Shown: positions 9,800-21,269, counted from the stretch's first letter. The stretch is DNA of 64,000 bases from Planctomycetota bacterium (GCA_046290465.1 JBKAGP010000001.1:1152001-1216000), one strand, 5' to 3'. The notes: generated by a model from the sequence alone, not told the origin. A program made the numbers and translations.

Positions 9800-11482
9800 A
9801 TGCTGTCGATCGTTCTGTCCACGCTCACCGCGCTGCCGGTCGCTCCCCAGGAGCCGCAGCCGAAGACCACCACGCGCATGCTGCCGCTGCAGCAGCTGTG
9901 CACGCCGTCGTATTCGTTCGGCTCCCCGCCGTGGGGCACCCTGATGACGACGCAGAGCGGTGGCCGGCGGCCGAACCTGGTGATGCGCGAGGACCGGGAC
10001 ACCGCGATCTCCGCCGAAGGCGTGCAGTCGGCGCTCTATCCGTTCCTGGCGCCGGCGATCGACGAAGAGCTCGTCTACCTGCAGCCGATCGGCGACAACC
10101 TGCTGGCGTTCGGCCAGCAGGACGTGGTGCAGGCGATCGAGCGACGCCTGGGCGAGGGTGCCGCGATCCTGGCGCGCCCGGTGCAGGTCGAGTTCGCGGT
10201 CTGGAACACCGACCGGTTGCCGCCGGGCACGACGCTGACCGCCGAGGACTACGCCGACTTCGCCGCCGGACGCGAACCCAACTGGCGCGCCGTCGGCACC
10301 GCGCGGCCCGGCCAGCCGATCGCGCTCGAGCACATGACCTGGACCCGCTACGTGCGCGGCATCGAGGTCGAGGTCGCGCAGAAGATCGACGTGTCGCGGC
10401 CGGCGACCAGCCGCTTCGGCGAAGGCGGCCACGTCGGCGTGCGCGCCTACTCGCTGATCGGCAGCGACGAGTTCGCCTTGCACCTGCAGTTTGCCGTGGC
10501 CGACCAGCGCGGCGGCCTGATCACGCTCAAGACCGGCAAGCAGGGCGCGGCCGACATCGAGCTGCCGCTGCTCGAGAGCTACTTCGGCACCTGCTCCGGC
10601 CGCGTCGGCAACGGCGGCGCGCTCGCGATCACGATGCGCGGCAACCCGGCCGCCGGCGGCAACGTGGTGCTGACGCTGCGCGCGCACAGCGACGCGCCCA
10701 AGGGTTCGCTGTCGGGCGGCCGTGCGGCGCTGCTGCCGATCGGCGCGCTGACCACGTCGGCACTCGACCACGTCACCAACATCCCGCGCGTCGACCGCGA
10801 CCCGGACGACACCGACCTGACCGACTTCGACGAGCGGCCGGTGTTCGGCCAGCTGCCGCGAGACCAGCTGACCGAGATGGTCGAGAGCGTGCTCGGCAAC
10901 GCCGAGGACGACTACACCCTGCACCTCGGCGGCGGCTACCTGTTCGTGCACGCCTCGGCCGACGCGATCGGCGGCGTGCGCGCCCTGCTGCAGCAACTCC
11001 AGGACGACATGATCCGCAACGTCGAGATCGAACACCGCGCGAGCACCGTCGGCGACGGCAGCCAGCCGATGCTGCACGAGCTGCGCGTGCCGACGCTGCT
11101 CGGCCGCGAGGCCAACGCGTTCCGCCTGTTCGAGACCAACGTCGTCAGCGACGTCTACGTCGAGGTCGCGCAGGAGGCCGGCAGCCTCGAACCGCGGGTG
11201 CGCCTGATGCAGTCGGGCACGTGGCTGCGCAGCCGCGTCGTGCCCGCAGGGCAAGGGCTGCACCTCGACCTCGACGTGCAGTGCACGGTCGCGCCGATGC
11301 CGCAGATGCGCAGCGTGATGCCGGACGGCGGCGTGCTGATGCAGGCCCGGGTCGCGTCGGCCCGCGTCGACTACCAGGGCACGGTCCAGGTCGGCCGCAC
11401 GCTCCCGCACGGCGACGGGCCCGACCTGCCGGGGGGCAACGATCGCCGCCGCACCGTGCTGACGACCACGTTGCGCCGCTGA
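9800..11482 (+). CDS. Exported protein with two secretin-like C-terminal-type modules
   Basis: Signal peptide; repeated motif RYVRGIEVEVAQ..P and NVVSDVYVEVAQ..P, each preceded by an N-domain-like stretch (DNLLAFG..VVQAIERRL; GYLFVHA..IGGVRALLQQL). Confidence 0.5.
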   Translation: MLSIVLSTLTALPVAPQEPQPKTTTRMLPLQQLCTPSYSFGSPPWGTLMTTQSGGRRPNLVMREDRDTAISAEGVQSALYPFLAPAIDEELVYLQPIGDNLLAFGQQDVVQAIERRLGEGAAILARPVQVEFAVWNTDRLPPGTTLTAEDYADFAAGREPNWRAVGTARPGQPIALEHMTWTRYVRGIEVEVAQKIDVSRPATSRFGEGGHVGVRAYSLIGSDEFALHLQFAVADQRGGLITLKTGKQGAADIELPLLESYFGTCSGRVGNGGALAITMRGNPAAGGNVVLTLRAHSDAPKGSLSGGRAALLPIGALTTSALDHVTNIPRVDRDPDDTDLTDFDERPVFGQLPRDQLTEMVESVLGNAEDDYTLHLGGGYLFVHASADAIGGVRALLQQLQDDMIRNVEIEHRASTVGDGSQPMLHELRVPTLLGREANAFRLFETNVVSDVYVEVAQEAGSLEPRVRLMQSGTWLRSRVVPAGQGLHLDLDVQCTVAPMPQMRSVMPDGGVLMQARVASARVDYQGTVQVGRTLPHGDGPDLPGGNDRRRTVLTTTLRR

Positions 11483-11558
11483 GTCAAGCCCCGGCAGACG
11501 CCAGCTCTGCCCAACCTTGCTCGTGACCCGGCCCCCCGACTTCGCTAGAAGTAGGGGG

Positions 11559-13001
11559 ATGCGACTCGGCCTGACCCAATCTCTGCGTGCAGAACAGCGA
11601 CTGATCCAGTCGCCGCAGATGATCCAGGCCATGCAGGTCCTGCAGCTGCCGCTGATCGAGCTGAAGGACCAGGTCGAGCAGGAGCTGCAGGAGAACGTCT
11701 TCCTCGAGCGCCAGGACGAGGCCGAACGCAGCGAGCCGGCGAACCTCGATTCGGACGGTGGCGACGGCGGCGACAGCGAGCCGTACGAGGATCGGCTGCA
11801 CCGCGAGTTCTCGGCCGAGATCGACCAGCTCGAGTCGCGCGTCGAGCCGAGCTGGCGGCAGCGCACCGGCACCCTCGGCACCGACGACGAGGACAAGAAG
11901 TTCGAGGCGCTGCAGAACACGCCGGGCCGGTCCACGTCGCTCGCCGAGTACCTGATGATGCAGGTGCGCACGCAGGAGAGCGACGAGGAGCTGGTCCGCG
12001 TCGTCGAGCACATCGTGTTCTCGCTCGACGAGGACGGCCGTCTGTCGGAGTCGGCCGACGCGATCTCGCAGCAGCTCGGCGTGCCGCTGCCGCTCGCCGA
12101 GGAGGCGATCGCGGTCGTGCGCGACCTCGAGCCGATCGGCGTCGGCGCGCGCGACCTGCGCGACTGCCTGCTGATGCAGCTCGACCACATGCAGTTCGTG
12201 CGGCCGCTGACCCGCCGCATCGTCGAGAACCACCTCGACGACCTGGCGATGAACAAGCTGCCGAAGATCGCCAAGGAGACCGGCTCGTCGATCGAGGACA
12301 TCAAGGAGAGCTGGGAGTTCCTGCGGTTCTCGTGCAAGCCGCACCCGGGCGCCGAGTTCAGCGCCAGTTCGTCCGCCGGCGTCGCCCCTGACGTCGTCAT
12401 CGAGGAGATCGAGGGCAGCTTCGAGGTCAAGTCGCAGCGCGGCTCGCTGCCCGAGCTGGCGATCTCGCCCGTCTACCGCAACCTGCTGCAGGAGGCCCGC
12501 AACGACCCCAAGGTCTACGACTACCTGCGCAAGAAGATCGAGGCGGCCAAGTGGTTCATCGAGGCCGTGCACCAGCGCCAGAACACCATCGAGCGGGTCG
12601 CGTCGGAGATCGTGCGCCGCCAGGAGGGGTTCCTGCGGCACGGCGTGCAGCAGCTCAAGCCGATGAAGATGCAGGACATCGCCGACGCCGTCGGCGTGCA
12701 CATCTCCACCATCAGCCGCGCGACGTCGGGCAAGTACATCCAGACGCCGCAGGGCATCTTCGACATGAAGCGCTTCTTCAGCAGCGGCACGATGTCGGAC
12801 GACGGCGCGATGGTCAGCCAGCAGGCGGTCAAGGACACCCTGCGCCAGATCGTCGACGCCGAGAACAAGGACCAGCCGCTCAGCGACGACCAGCTGGTCG
12901 AGGCGCTGGGCGAACGCGGCGTGCACATCGCGCGACGCACGGTGACCAAGTACCGCAAGGCCCTCGGCATCGAGAGCAGTTCGCGGCGCAAGCAGTTCTA
13001 G
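11559..13001 (+). CDS. rpoN: RNA polymerase sigma-54 factor
   Basis: Gln/Leu-rich region I (QMIQAMQVLQLP), EPIGVGARDLRDCL, HISTISRA helix-turn-helix, RpoN box ARRTVTKYR. Confidence 0.97.
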   Translation: MRLGLTQSLRAEQRLIQSPQMIQAMQVLQLPLIELKDQVEQELQENVFLERQDEAERSEPANLDSDGGDGGDSEPYEDRLHREFSAEIDQLESRVEPSWRQRTGTLGTDDEDKKFEALQNTPGRSTSLAEYLMMQVRTQESDEELVRVVEHIVFSLDEDGRLSESADAISQQLGVPLPLAEEAIAVVRDLEPIGVGARDLRDCLLMQLDHMQFVRPLTRRIVENHLDDLAMNKLPKIAKETGSSIEDIKESWEFLRFSCKPHPGAEFSASSSAGVAPDVVIEEIEGSFEVKSQRGSLPELAISPVYRNLLQEARNDPKVYDYLRKKIEAAKWFIEAVHQRQNTIERVASEIVRRQEGFLRHGVQQLKPMKMQDIADAVGVHISTISRATSGKYIQTPQGIFDMKRFFSSGTMSDDGAMVSQQAVKDTLRQIVDAENKDQPLSDDQLVEALGERGVHIARRTVTKYRKALGIESSSRRKQF

Positions 13002-13058
13002 AGGCTGGCAATTCTAGAGGCTGGCAGTTCTGAAGGCTGGCAGTTCTGAAGGCTGCCA
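12995..13058. repeat. 16-bp tandem repeat x4 beginning in the rpoN 3' end
   Basis: gttctagaggctggca / attctagaggctggca / gttctgaaggctggca / gttctgaaggctgcca; unit 1 contains the rpoN TAG. Confidence 0.9.
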
Positions 13059-13071
13059 GTTCCCAGGCCGC

Positions 13072-14730
13072 TCAGCGCGCCTTGATGACCATCAGCGACA
13101 CGTCGTCGTCATGGTGGTCGCGGCCCGTGAAGCGGGCCAGTTCGTGCAGCGCGGCGTCGAGCACGTCCTTGGCCGTCCCTGCAGCGCTCTGCAGCAGCAC
13201 CTGTTCGAGGCGGTCCTCGCCGAACATCTCGAGTTCGGCGTCGGTCGCCTCGGTGATGCCGTCGGTGTACATCAGCACCACGTCGCCCGACTGCAGGTCG
13301 CCTTCGTAGCCCTCGTACTCGACGCCGGCCATGAAGCCCATCGGCGGGCCGTGCGAGTCGACCTGCTCGATCGTGCCGGTGGCAGCGCGGAAGATCATCG
13401 TCGGGTTGTGGCCGGCGCTGCACATCGACAGCTGGCCGGTCTCCTGCTCGATGCGCAGCAGCGCTGCGGTGATGAACATGCCGGTCGGGCCGACTTCGTG
13501 CGAGACCTCGCTGTTCAGCGACGCCGCCAGCTCCGGCGGCTCCAGCCAGGCCGCGTTGCCGCGGTAGTTGGCCCGGAACGACGTCATCAGCAGCGCCGAG
13601 TTGATGCCGTGGCCAGACGCGTCGGCGACGATCGCGTAGAGATCGCCGAGGTCGGACACCGTGATGTCGACGTAGTCGCCGCCGATGCTCTTGGCCGCGA
13701 GCGAATGCCAGGCGAAGTCGTAGTCGTCGTTCGGCGGCGCCTCGCTCGGCACCAGCCGCTTCTGGATGGTCTCGGCGATCTCGAGCTCGCGCTCGATCGA
13801 GACGCTGTTCTCCTTGAGCCGCTCGAGGCTCAGGCGGTGCAGCAGCGCTGCGGCAAGCTGGCCGAAGCTCTGCAGCCGGCCGTTGACGTCGCGTTGCTCG
13901 TCGATCATGGGATTGAACAGCACGCAGACGCCGGCCTGCACCCCGTGGTAGCGCAGCGGCAGCACCACCACCTGCTGCAACACCGGCGGCGCGCATTCGG
14001 CCGCGAGCCCGGCGATCGAACCGTCGGCGGCGCGCCCGACGACCTGCGCCGGTGCGTCGGCGATGCAGTCCGGCCAGGCGCCGCCATCGACCGCACGGAA
14101 CGACTCCAGCAGCGCGTCCGGCATGCCGAGCGCCTGCTGCAGCACCAGTTCGGACGCGGCGTTGCCGACCTCGTCGAGCACGTAGAGCGCGCCCGCGGTG
14201 GCGCTGACCATGCCGCTCGCCAGCGACAGCAGCCGCGCCATCAGCGCGTCCGGGTCCGGCTCCTGGAACAGCACGATGCCCTCTTCGAGCGCCTGCAGCG
14301 TCGCGCAGTACTCGTCGGTCGCCTCGCGCGCCTCGCTGTTGAGCGCGAGGTTGACCAGCGCGGTGCCGAGGTGCGTCAGCGCATCGCAGAGTTCGTCGCG
14401 CACAGGCGCAGGCGGGGCCTTTTCGAGCCACAGCTCGCCGAGCACGTGGTCGCGGAACCCGATCGGCAGGCGCTGCGCGTCCGGCAGCTGCCAGCAGGCG
14501 CGGGAGACGGCCTGCAGCGGCTTGACCGGACAGGAGTCACCGACCACCGCACGAACCACCAGCGTCTCGGCCCGGTCGTCGGCGAGGCAGATGGCGGCGT
14601 CGACGCCCGGCAACAGCTGGGCGAGGCCGTTCACGAACGCCTGCTCGAGCTCGTCCTGCGAGCGGCAGGCGTGCAGCGTCACCTGCGACGAGGCGTCGCC
14701 CCAGGGCGTTTCCGTCGGGGTCGCGGACAC
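13072..14730 (-). CDS. GAF-domain PP2C (SpoIIE/RsbU-type) phosphatase
   Basis: IGGDYVD, VADASGHG, SAGHNP, YTDGITEA, DDVSL. GTG start at 14730, just after the HDOD gene. Confidence 0.88.
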   Translation of the reverse strand: MSATPTETPWGDASSQVTLHACRSQDELEQAFVNGLAQLLPGVDAAICLADDRAETLVVRAVVGDSCPVKPLQAVSRACWQLPDAQRLPIGFRDHVLGELWLEKAPPAPVRDELCDALTHLGTALVNLALNSEAREATDEYCATLQALEEGIVLFQEPDPDALMARLLSLASGMVSATAGALYVLDEVGNAASELVLQQALGMPDALLESFRAVDGGAWPDCIADAPAQVVGRAADGSIAGLAAECAPPVLQQVVVLPLRYHGVQAGVCVLFNPMIDEQRDVNGRLQSFGQLAAALLHRLSLERLKENSVSIERELEIAETIQKRLVPSEAPPNDDYDFAWHSLAAKSIGGDYVDITVSDLGDLYAIVADASGHGINSALLMTSFRANYRGNAAWLEPPELAASLNSEVSHEVGPTGMFITAALLRIEQETGQLSMCSAGHNPTMIFRAATGTIEQVDSHGPPMGFMAGVEYEGYEGDLQSGDVVLMYTDGITEATDAELEMFGEDRLEQVLLQSAAGTAKDVLDAALHELARFTGRDHHDDDVSLMVIKAR

Positions 14731-14738
14731 GGGAATCC

Positions 14739-15620
14739 TCAGCTGCTCAGGTTGCCGAGCGCGGTGACGGCCTCTTCCATCGCCGCCGCCAGTTCGTCGC
14801 GCAGCGCGACCCAGGAGCCTTCGTCGAGGCCGACGGCCGCAAGGTCCGCGGCATCGACGTCGTTGGCCGGAACGCGATCCGGCAGGTAGCCGACGCCGAT
14901 CTCGTGGGCGACGGCGTCCGCGAGCCGCACGATCGCGACGGTGCGCGGATCGGCTGGATCGGCGTCGCCGCCGTGATGGGCCTTGATGACCTGCTGGATC
15001 TCCGGCGCGAGGTTCCACTTGGCGGTCACCAGCGCGCCCGCCTCGGTATGGTCGAGGCCGACGGTGGCGCGTTCGTGTTCGGCGATCGAGTCCTCGGTGG
15101 CGACGTCCGGACCTTCCTGCAGGTACGGAACCAGCAGCAGCTTGCCGATGTCGTGCAGCAGGCCGCCGACGAACAGTTGCTCGGCGTCGTCCGGCGACAT
15201 CCGGCACTTGCGCGCCAGCAGGCGCGACCCGGAGGCGACACAGACGGCATGCAGCCACAGGCCCTTGGGCTCGTGGCCGTACCAGCGGAAGTCGCGCTGC
15301 AGGAACTTGGCCGTGCTGGTCGCCAGCACCAGGCTGCGAACCCCGCGGAAGCCCAGCACCATGACCGCTTCCTTGATCGTGCGGATCGAGCGGTTGAGCC
15401 CGTAGAACGGGCTGTTGACCATCGCCAGCATCTTGGCAACCAGCACCTGGTCGTTCTGCAGCAGGTTCTCGAGGTCCTGCGGCTCGGTCTCCTGCTGGTT
15501 GAGCAGCCCGAGCAGGCGGGTGACGAGATCCGGCAGCGGCGGGATCAGGTCGCTCTTGTGCAGGATCTCGCGGCGAGTCTTCTCCTGCTTCGCGAGTTGG
15601 TTCAGCGACGAATGGGTCAT
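14739..15620 (-). CDS. HDOD domain protein
   Basis: IPPLP, DQVLVAKMLAMVNSPFYG, AVMVLG, GLLHDIGKL, DHTEAGA, KWNL. Confidence 0.9.
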   Translation of the reverse strand: MTHSSLNQLAKQEKTRREILHKSDLIPPLPDLVTRLLGLLNQQETEPQDLENLLQNDQVLVAKMLAMVNSPFYGLNRSIRTIKEAVMVLGFRGVRSLVLATSTAKFLQRDFRWYGHEPKGLWLHAVCVASGSRLLARKCRMSPDDAEQLFVGGLLHDIGKLLLVPYLQEGPDVATEDSIAEHERATVGLDHTEAGALVTAKWNLAPEIQQVIKAHHGGDADPADPRTVAIVRLADAVAHEIGVGYLPDRVPANDVDAADLAAVGLDEGSWVALRDELAAAMEEAVTALGNLSS

Positions 15621-15889
15621 GGCTACTCCGGGCCGTGTGTCGGCGGCCCATGTCGGGTCCTTCGTCCTGTTCCCACCCGCCACTTGACGCGCCGGATCGG
15701 TTTCTCCTCCGAAAATCTGATGGTGACGCTCCCACCGGAATCTCCCGCTGGGCGTTTCCCTGAGAAACCCCGGCTGCGCACGGATCGCCCGCCATTCGAC
15801 GGTCGCCGCCGCGGGTTTTCCCCACCAGCGATCGCAGACCGTCGCCGGCTCTTCAAGCCACCCCCGCCAACGTGTCGATAGCGGCAGTC

Positions 15890-16462
15890 ATGTGGTTCGC
15901 AAGCCCGGCTGCCCGTCCTGCTCCCGAACGTGCCCGCGTCCGCCCGCGCGGGCGGCGCCGCAGGGCCCGCAAGTCGGTGCGCTTCGCGATCGACGCGCTG
16001 CTCGGCGCGCTGCTGATGGTGACGATCCACGTGTTCGTCATCCAGGTCTCGATCGTGCGCGGCAACTCGATGGAGCCGGCGCTGCACGACGGCGACCGCC
16101 TGGTCGTCGACCGCGTCACCTACAACCTGGCCAGCGTCGGCCGCGGCGACGTCGTGGTGCTGCGCTACCCGCGCAACCCGGACGTCGACTTCGTCAAGCG
16201 CGTCGTCGCCGTTCCCGGTGACCGCGTCGCGATGCGCGCCGGCGTGCTGTTCGTCAACGGCGACGCGGCCGACGACTACGGCTGCATCCCGGACCGCGAG
16301 AGCATGAACGAGATCGTCGTGCCGAAGCACGAGTTCTTCGTGCTCGGCGACAACCGCCCGATCAGCTGCGATTCGCGCGAGTTCGGCCTGGTCGCCGAAC
16401 ACCTGATCAAGGGTCGCGTGCGGGCGCGCTTCTGGCCGCTCGGAACCGCCTCGGTCTTCTAG
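15890..16462 (+). CDS. lepB: Signal peptidase I
   Basis: GNSMEPAL (catalytic Ser), FVKRV (catalytic Lys), GDNRPISCDSREFG. Confidence 0.92.
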   Translation: MWFASPAARPAPERARVRPRGRRRRARKSVRFAIDALLGALLMVTIHVFVIQVSIVRGNSMEPALHDGDRLVVDRVTYNLASVGRGDVVVLRYPRNPDVDFVKRVVAVPGDRVAMRAGVLFVNGDAADDYGCIPDRESMNEIVVPKHEFFVLGDNRPISCDSREFGLVAEHLIKGRVRARFWPLGTASVF

Positions 16463-16502
16463 CCGTGACCCTGCAGGCATCCGGCCTGCAGACGGCCCAT
16501 CC

Positions 16503-16757
16503 CTACAGACGGTACGTCAGACGACCGCGCGTCAGGTCGTAGGGGCTCAGCTCGACGCGGACCCGGTCGCCGATGGCGAGACGGATGCGGAACTTGCGCA
16601 GCTTGCCGCTCGGCAGGCAGATCGGCGAGTGCTCGACGTCGTCGAGGCGGACGCGCCAGCGGCCACCGCCGAGCGCTTCCAGCAGCGTGCCCTCGGCGAT
16701 GATGGCGTCTTCCTTCTGCGTGTGCGCCTCGCGGCGGTTCGGACGAGAACGGCTCAT
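16503..16757 (-). CDS. infA: Translation initiation factor IF-1
   Basis: KEDAIIAEG, SGKLRKFRIRLAIGDRVRVELSPYDLTRGRLTYR. Confidence 0.93.
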   Translation of the reverse strand: MSRSRPNRREAHTQKEDAIIAEGTLLEALGGGRWRVRLDDVEHSPICLPSGKLRKFRIRLAIGDRVRVELSPYDLTRGRLTYRL

Positions 16758-16949
16758 TCGGCCGCCTCACAGGGTTGGTGTTGGTTTCGTTGCACTTGTT
16801 GGTTTCTCAGGCCGGAGCCTCGGTGTGGACGAGCAGGTGGCGAACGCTCCTCCTGCTCCTCCCGGATGGACGCGGCAACCCCCATGGGGCCGACCCGTCC
16901 GCTATCGGCCGTCCACAGCGACGCGGGCAACCGATTTGGGCCTACCAGA

Positions 16950-18641
<1,692 letters not shown>

Positions 18642-18689
18642 CGGATGGCTCCAGGGTTCACAAACGTCGGGAAAGTCACATCGGGAACG

Positions 18690-19673
18690 TCACGGAGTCG
18701 CCGCGTCGGGTCGGTGCCCGCGCACGACGAACATGGAGAATTCGGCGCGCTGGCCGTTCGGGGCCTGCACGCAGTAGCGATCGGCGAGCGACTCGCTCTG
18801 CAGATCGCGGAAGCCGGCACGCGCGAGCGAACCGACGACCTGGTCCGGTTTGACGCCGAGCCGCAGGTCCCCCATGCGCTCGCGCATCCACTCGGACTCG
18901 TGCGGCATCAGGTCGGACACCACGACGAGGCCGCCGGGGGCGACCACCCGGTGCACCTCGCGCGCCGCCGCGTCGTGATCGGGCACGTGGTGCCAGACCA
19001 GGTTGGCGAACGCGGCGTGCACCTCGCCGTCTGTGAGCGGCAGCGCGTCGAGCTCGCCGCGGCGGAACTCGGCGGTGCCGACGTTGGCGCGCGCCTCGGC
19101 GAGCATGCGTTCGCTGTGGTCGACGCCGATCACCTGATCGCTGCGGCCGGCGAGCAGACCGGTCAGGAAGCCCGCACCGCAGCCGAGGTCGGCGACGCGC
19201 GGGCCGCACGGCCACGCCTGCGCCAGGATCTCCGATCGCAGCGTGCCGATCGCGAACTCCTCGCCGAGCTGTTGCCACTGGCCGGCGAGCCGGTCGTGCG
19301 CCTCGCGGCTCTTCTCGCGGCGGCGGTCGAGCACCACCTCGAGCGCGGCCAGGTCGCGCGCGCCTTCCTCCGATTGCAGGTAGGGCTCGACGGTGGCCGC
19401 GAACAGCGACGGCGACAGCGGCCCATCGACGGCCGGCTCGACCAGCGAATGGAAGCTCCAGGTGCCCTCGCGCCGGTCGCGCACGACGCCGGCCCGCTTC
19501 AGCAGCGACAGGTGGTTGCTGACCCGGCTCTGCTGCAGGCCGGTGATCGAGACCAGCTCCTGCACCGCGAGCTCGGCCCGCGCCAGCAATGCGCAGAGCC
19601 GCAAACGCAGCGGGTCCGACAGCAGCTTGAGGGTCGCATGCAGGCTGTCCAGGGTCGTGGCCATCGAGTTCAT
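18690..19673 (-). CDS. sahR: ArsR-family HTH + SAM-methyltransferase-like regulator (SahR/SamR type)
   Basis: LKLLSDPLRLRL..QSRVSNHLSLLKRAG (ArsR) fused to VADLGCGAG (SAM-binding); directly upstream of ahcY. Confidence 0.82.
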   Translation of the reverse strand: MNSMATTLDSLHATLKLLSDPLRLRLCALLARAELAVQELVSITGLQQSRVSNHLSLLKRAGVVRDRREGTWSFHSLVEPAVDGPLSPSLFAATVEPYLQSEEGARDLAALEVVLDRRREKSREAHDRLAGQWQQLGEEFAIGTLRSEILAQAWPCGPRVADLGCGAGFLTGLLAGRSDQVIGVDHSERMLAEARANVGTAEFRRGELDALPLTDGEVHAAFANLVWHHVPDHDAAAREVHRVVAPGGLVVVSDLMPHESEWMRERMGDLRLGVKPDQVVGSLARAGFRDLQSESLADRYCVQAPNGQRAEFSMFVVRGHRPDAATP

Positions 19674-19677
19674 CACC

Positions 19678-19697
19678 GTATCACAACATCGTGATAT
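19678..19697. promoter_or_regulatory. Candidate SahR operator palindrome
   Basis: gTATCAC-aacatc-GTGATAt, an AT-rich 20-bp inverted repeat 4 nt upstream of the sahR ATG. Confidence 0.65.
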
Positions 19698-19809
19698 TTC
19701 GAACCACGGATTCACGGCAAAACGGAAAAGCGGAGTCAGGGCACCCCGAGTTCGGATCCGGGTCCTCACCGATTGAGTCCCCCACGCCGACCGGGCATCG
19801 TGTTCGGCC

Positions 19810-20196
19810 ATGAACCTCGCCACCAAGACGGCCCTGCTCTCCCTGTTCCTGCTGCCCGCCTGCGAAATGCTCGGCGGCGACAGCGCCACCATGCCGAACA
19901 TCCAGGAAATGCTCGCCGGCATCACCGACGAGGCCTCGGCACAGCAGGCCAAGGGCCCGCTCGACAGCGCCGTCGCGCAGCTGAAGGCCGCGCTGGCGAC
20001 CGCCCAGGGTCAGGGCGAAGGCGAGGGCGAGGCGGCGGCCGGCGAAGGCCAGTCGATGATGCAGTCCGTGCTCGGCCAGTTCGGCATCGGCCCGGAGACC
20101 GTCGGCATGATCGAGGGCCTGATGGCCAAGCCCGAGATCCAGGCCGTGCTCGGCCAGACGCTCGAGCAGCTGAAGGGCCTCATCCCGGAGATGTAG
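19810..20196 (+). CDS. Small lipoprotein, unknown function
   Basis: Lipobox LLPA|C after a hydrophobic stretch; helical body. Confidence 0.7.
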   Translation: MNLATKTALLSLFLLPACEMLGGDSATMPNIQEMLAGITDEASAQQAKGPLDSAVAQLKAALATAQGQGEGEGEAAAGEGQSMMQSVLGQFGIGPETVGMIEGLMAKPEIQAVLGQTLEQLKGLIPEM

Positions 20197-20258
20197 GCCG
20201 GCGACGAGCCAGGTAAGCGGCCAGCCAGCGACGAGGCGGCCCGGCGAATACCCGGGCG

Positions 20259-21269
20259 CTACTTCACGTCCCAGATCTCGCCGGCATAGAGCAGGTCCTT
20301 CAGCGATTGCTGGGTCTGGCTCTTGGCGTGCTCGACCTGCAGGTTGACCGCCTGCTCGTAGTTGGCCTTGTCCTGGCGGCGGAACACGCCGATCGGGACC
20401 GGGAATCTGGTCTCGTCCATGGTCGCGAGCGCCATCGCCGGCGCCGGCGACTCGGCGGCCTCGTCCCAGACGAACGCCTTGCCCAGGTCGTCGCCCTCGA
20501 CGACGTAGGGCTGGAAGTTCGCGTCGAACGCGATGCCCTTGTCCTTGTTCGCGCCGAACAGCAGCGGCTTCTGGTGCTCGAGCTCGAGCATGCGTTCGCT
20601 GCGCACTTCCTTGTCGGTGAAGTGCTTGTAGGCGCCGTCGTTGAAGATATTGCAGTTCTGATAGATCTCCACCATCGCGGTGCCGCCGTGCGCGTCGGCG
20701 CGCTTGATCGTGCCCTGCAGGTGCGGCGCCAGGATGTCGACGCTGCGCGCCACGAACGTGCCGCCGGCACCGAGCGCGAGCGCGATCGGCGAGAACGGGT
20801 AGTCGAGCGAGCCCATCGGCGAACTCTTGGTGACCTTGCCCTGCGGGCTGGTCGGCGAGAACTGCCCCTTGGTCAGGCCGTAGATGCGGTTGTTGAACAT
20901 CAGGATCTTGAGCCCGACGTTGCGACGCATCGCGTGGATGAAGTGGTTGCCACCGATCGACATCGCGTCGCCGTCGCCGGTCACGACCCAGACGTCGAGG
21001 TCCGGATTGCTCAGCTTGACGCCGGTCGCGAGCGACGGGGCCCGGCCGTGGATCGTGTGGAAGCCGTAGGTCTCCATGTAGTACGGAAACCGCGAACTGC
21101 AGCCGATGCCGGAGATGATCACCGTCTCGTGCAGCTTCTTGCCGAGATCGGCGAACGCCGCCTGGACCGAGTTGAGGATCGAGTAGTCCCCGCAGCCGGG
21201 GCACCACCGCACGTCCTGGTCGCTCTTGAAGTCCTTCTTGGTCAGCTTGGGTTCGTCGACGCTGGTCAC
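20259..21269 (-). CDS. korB: 2-oxoacid:ferredoxin oxidoreductase beta subunit
   Basis: WCPGCGD, GIGCSSR, HGRA, TPP motif GDGD..NN, YGLTKGQFSPT; GTGA overlap with the alpha subunit. Confidence 0.93.
   Translation of the reverse strand: MTSVDEPKLTKKDFKSDQDVRWCPGCGDYSILNSVQAAFADLGKKLHETVIISGIGCSSRFPYYMETYGFHTIHGRAPSLATGVKLSNPDLDVWVVTGDGDAMSIGGNHFIHAMRRNVGLKILMFNNRIYGLTKGQFSPTSPQGKVTKSSPMGSLDYPFSPIALALGAGGTFVARSVDILAPHLQGTIKRADAHGGTAMVEIYQNCNIFNDGAYKHFTDKEVRSERMLELEHQKPLLFGANKDKGIAFDANFQPYVVEGDDLGKAFVWDEAAESPAPAMALATMDETRFPVPIGVFRRQDKANYEQAVNLQVEHAKSQTQQSLKDLLYAGEIWDVK

Noticed and set aside
12995..13058. CRISPR array or sigma54 promoter array (repeated TGGCA next to rpoN)
   Set aside because: Units are contiguous with no spacers and there are no cas genes. 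GG-to-GC spacing is 11 nt, not the required 10.
13072..15825. 917-aa ORF and similar N-terminally extended track ORFs (20259..22634, 23257..26658, 33444..35603, 36004..37941, 61072..63507) as fusion proteins
   Set aside because: The extensions overlap upstream genes in another frame; the true starts are at the coupled ATG/GTG codons given in features.
16779..16806. 10-bp direct repeat tgttggtttc in the infA leader
   Set aside because: Two copies only in a low-complexity A/C-rich leader; no supportable function.
18642..18689. SAH/SAM riboswitch before ahcY
   Set aside because: Only 48 bp separate sahR and ahcY and no riboswitch consensus was recognised. A protein regulator with an operator explains control.
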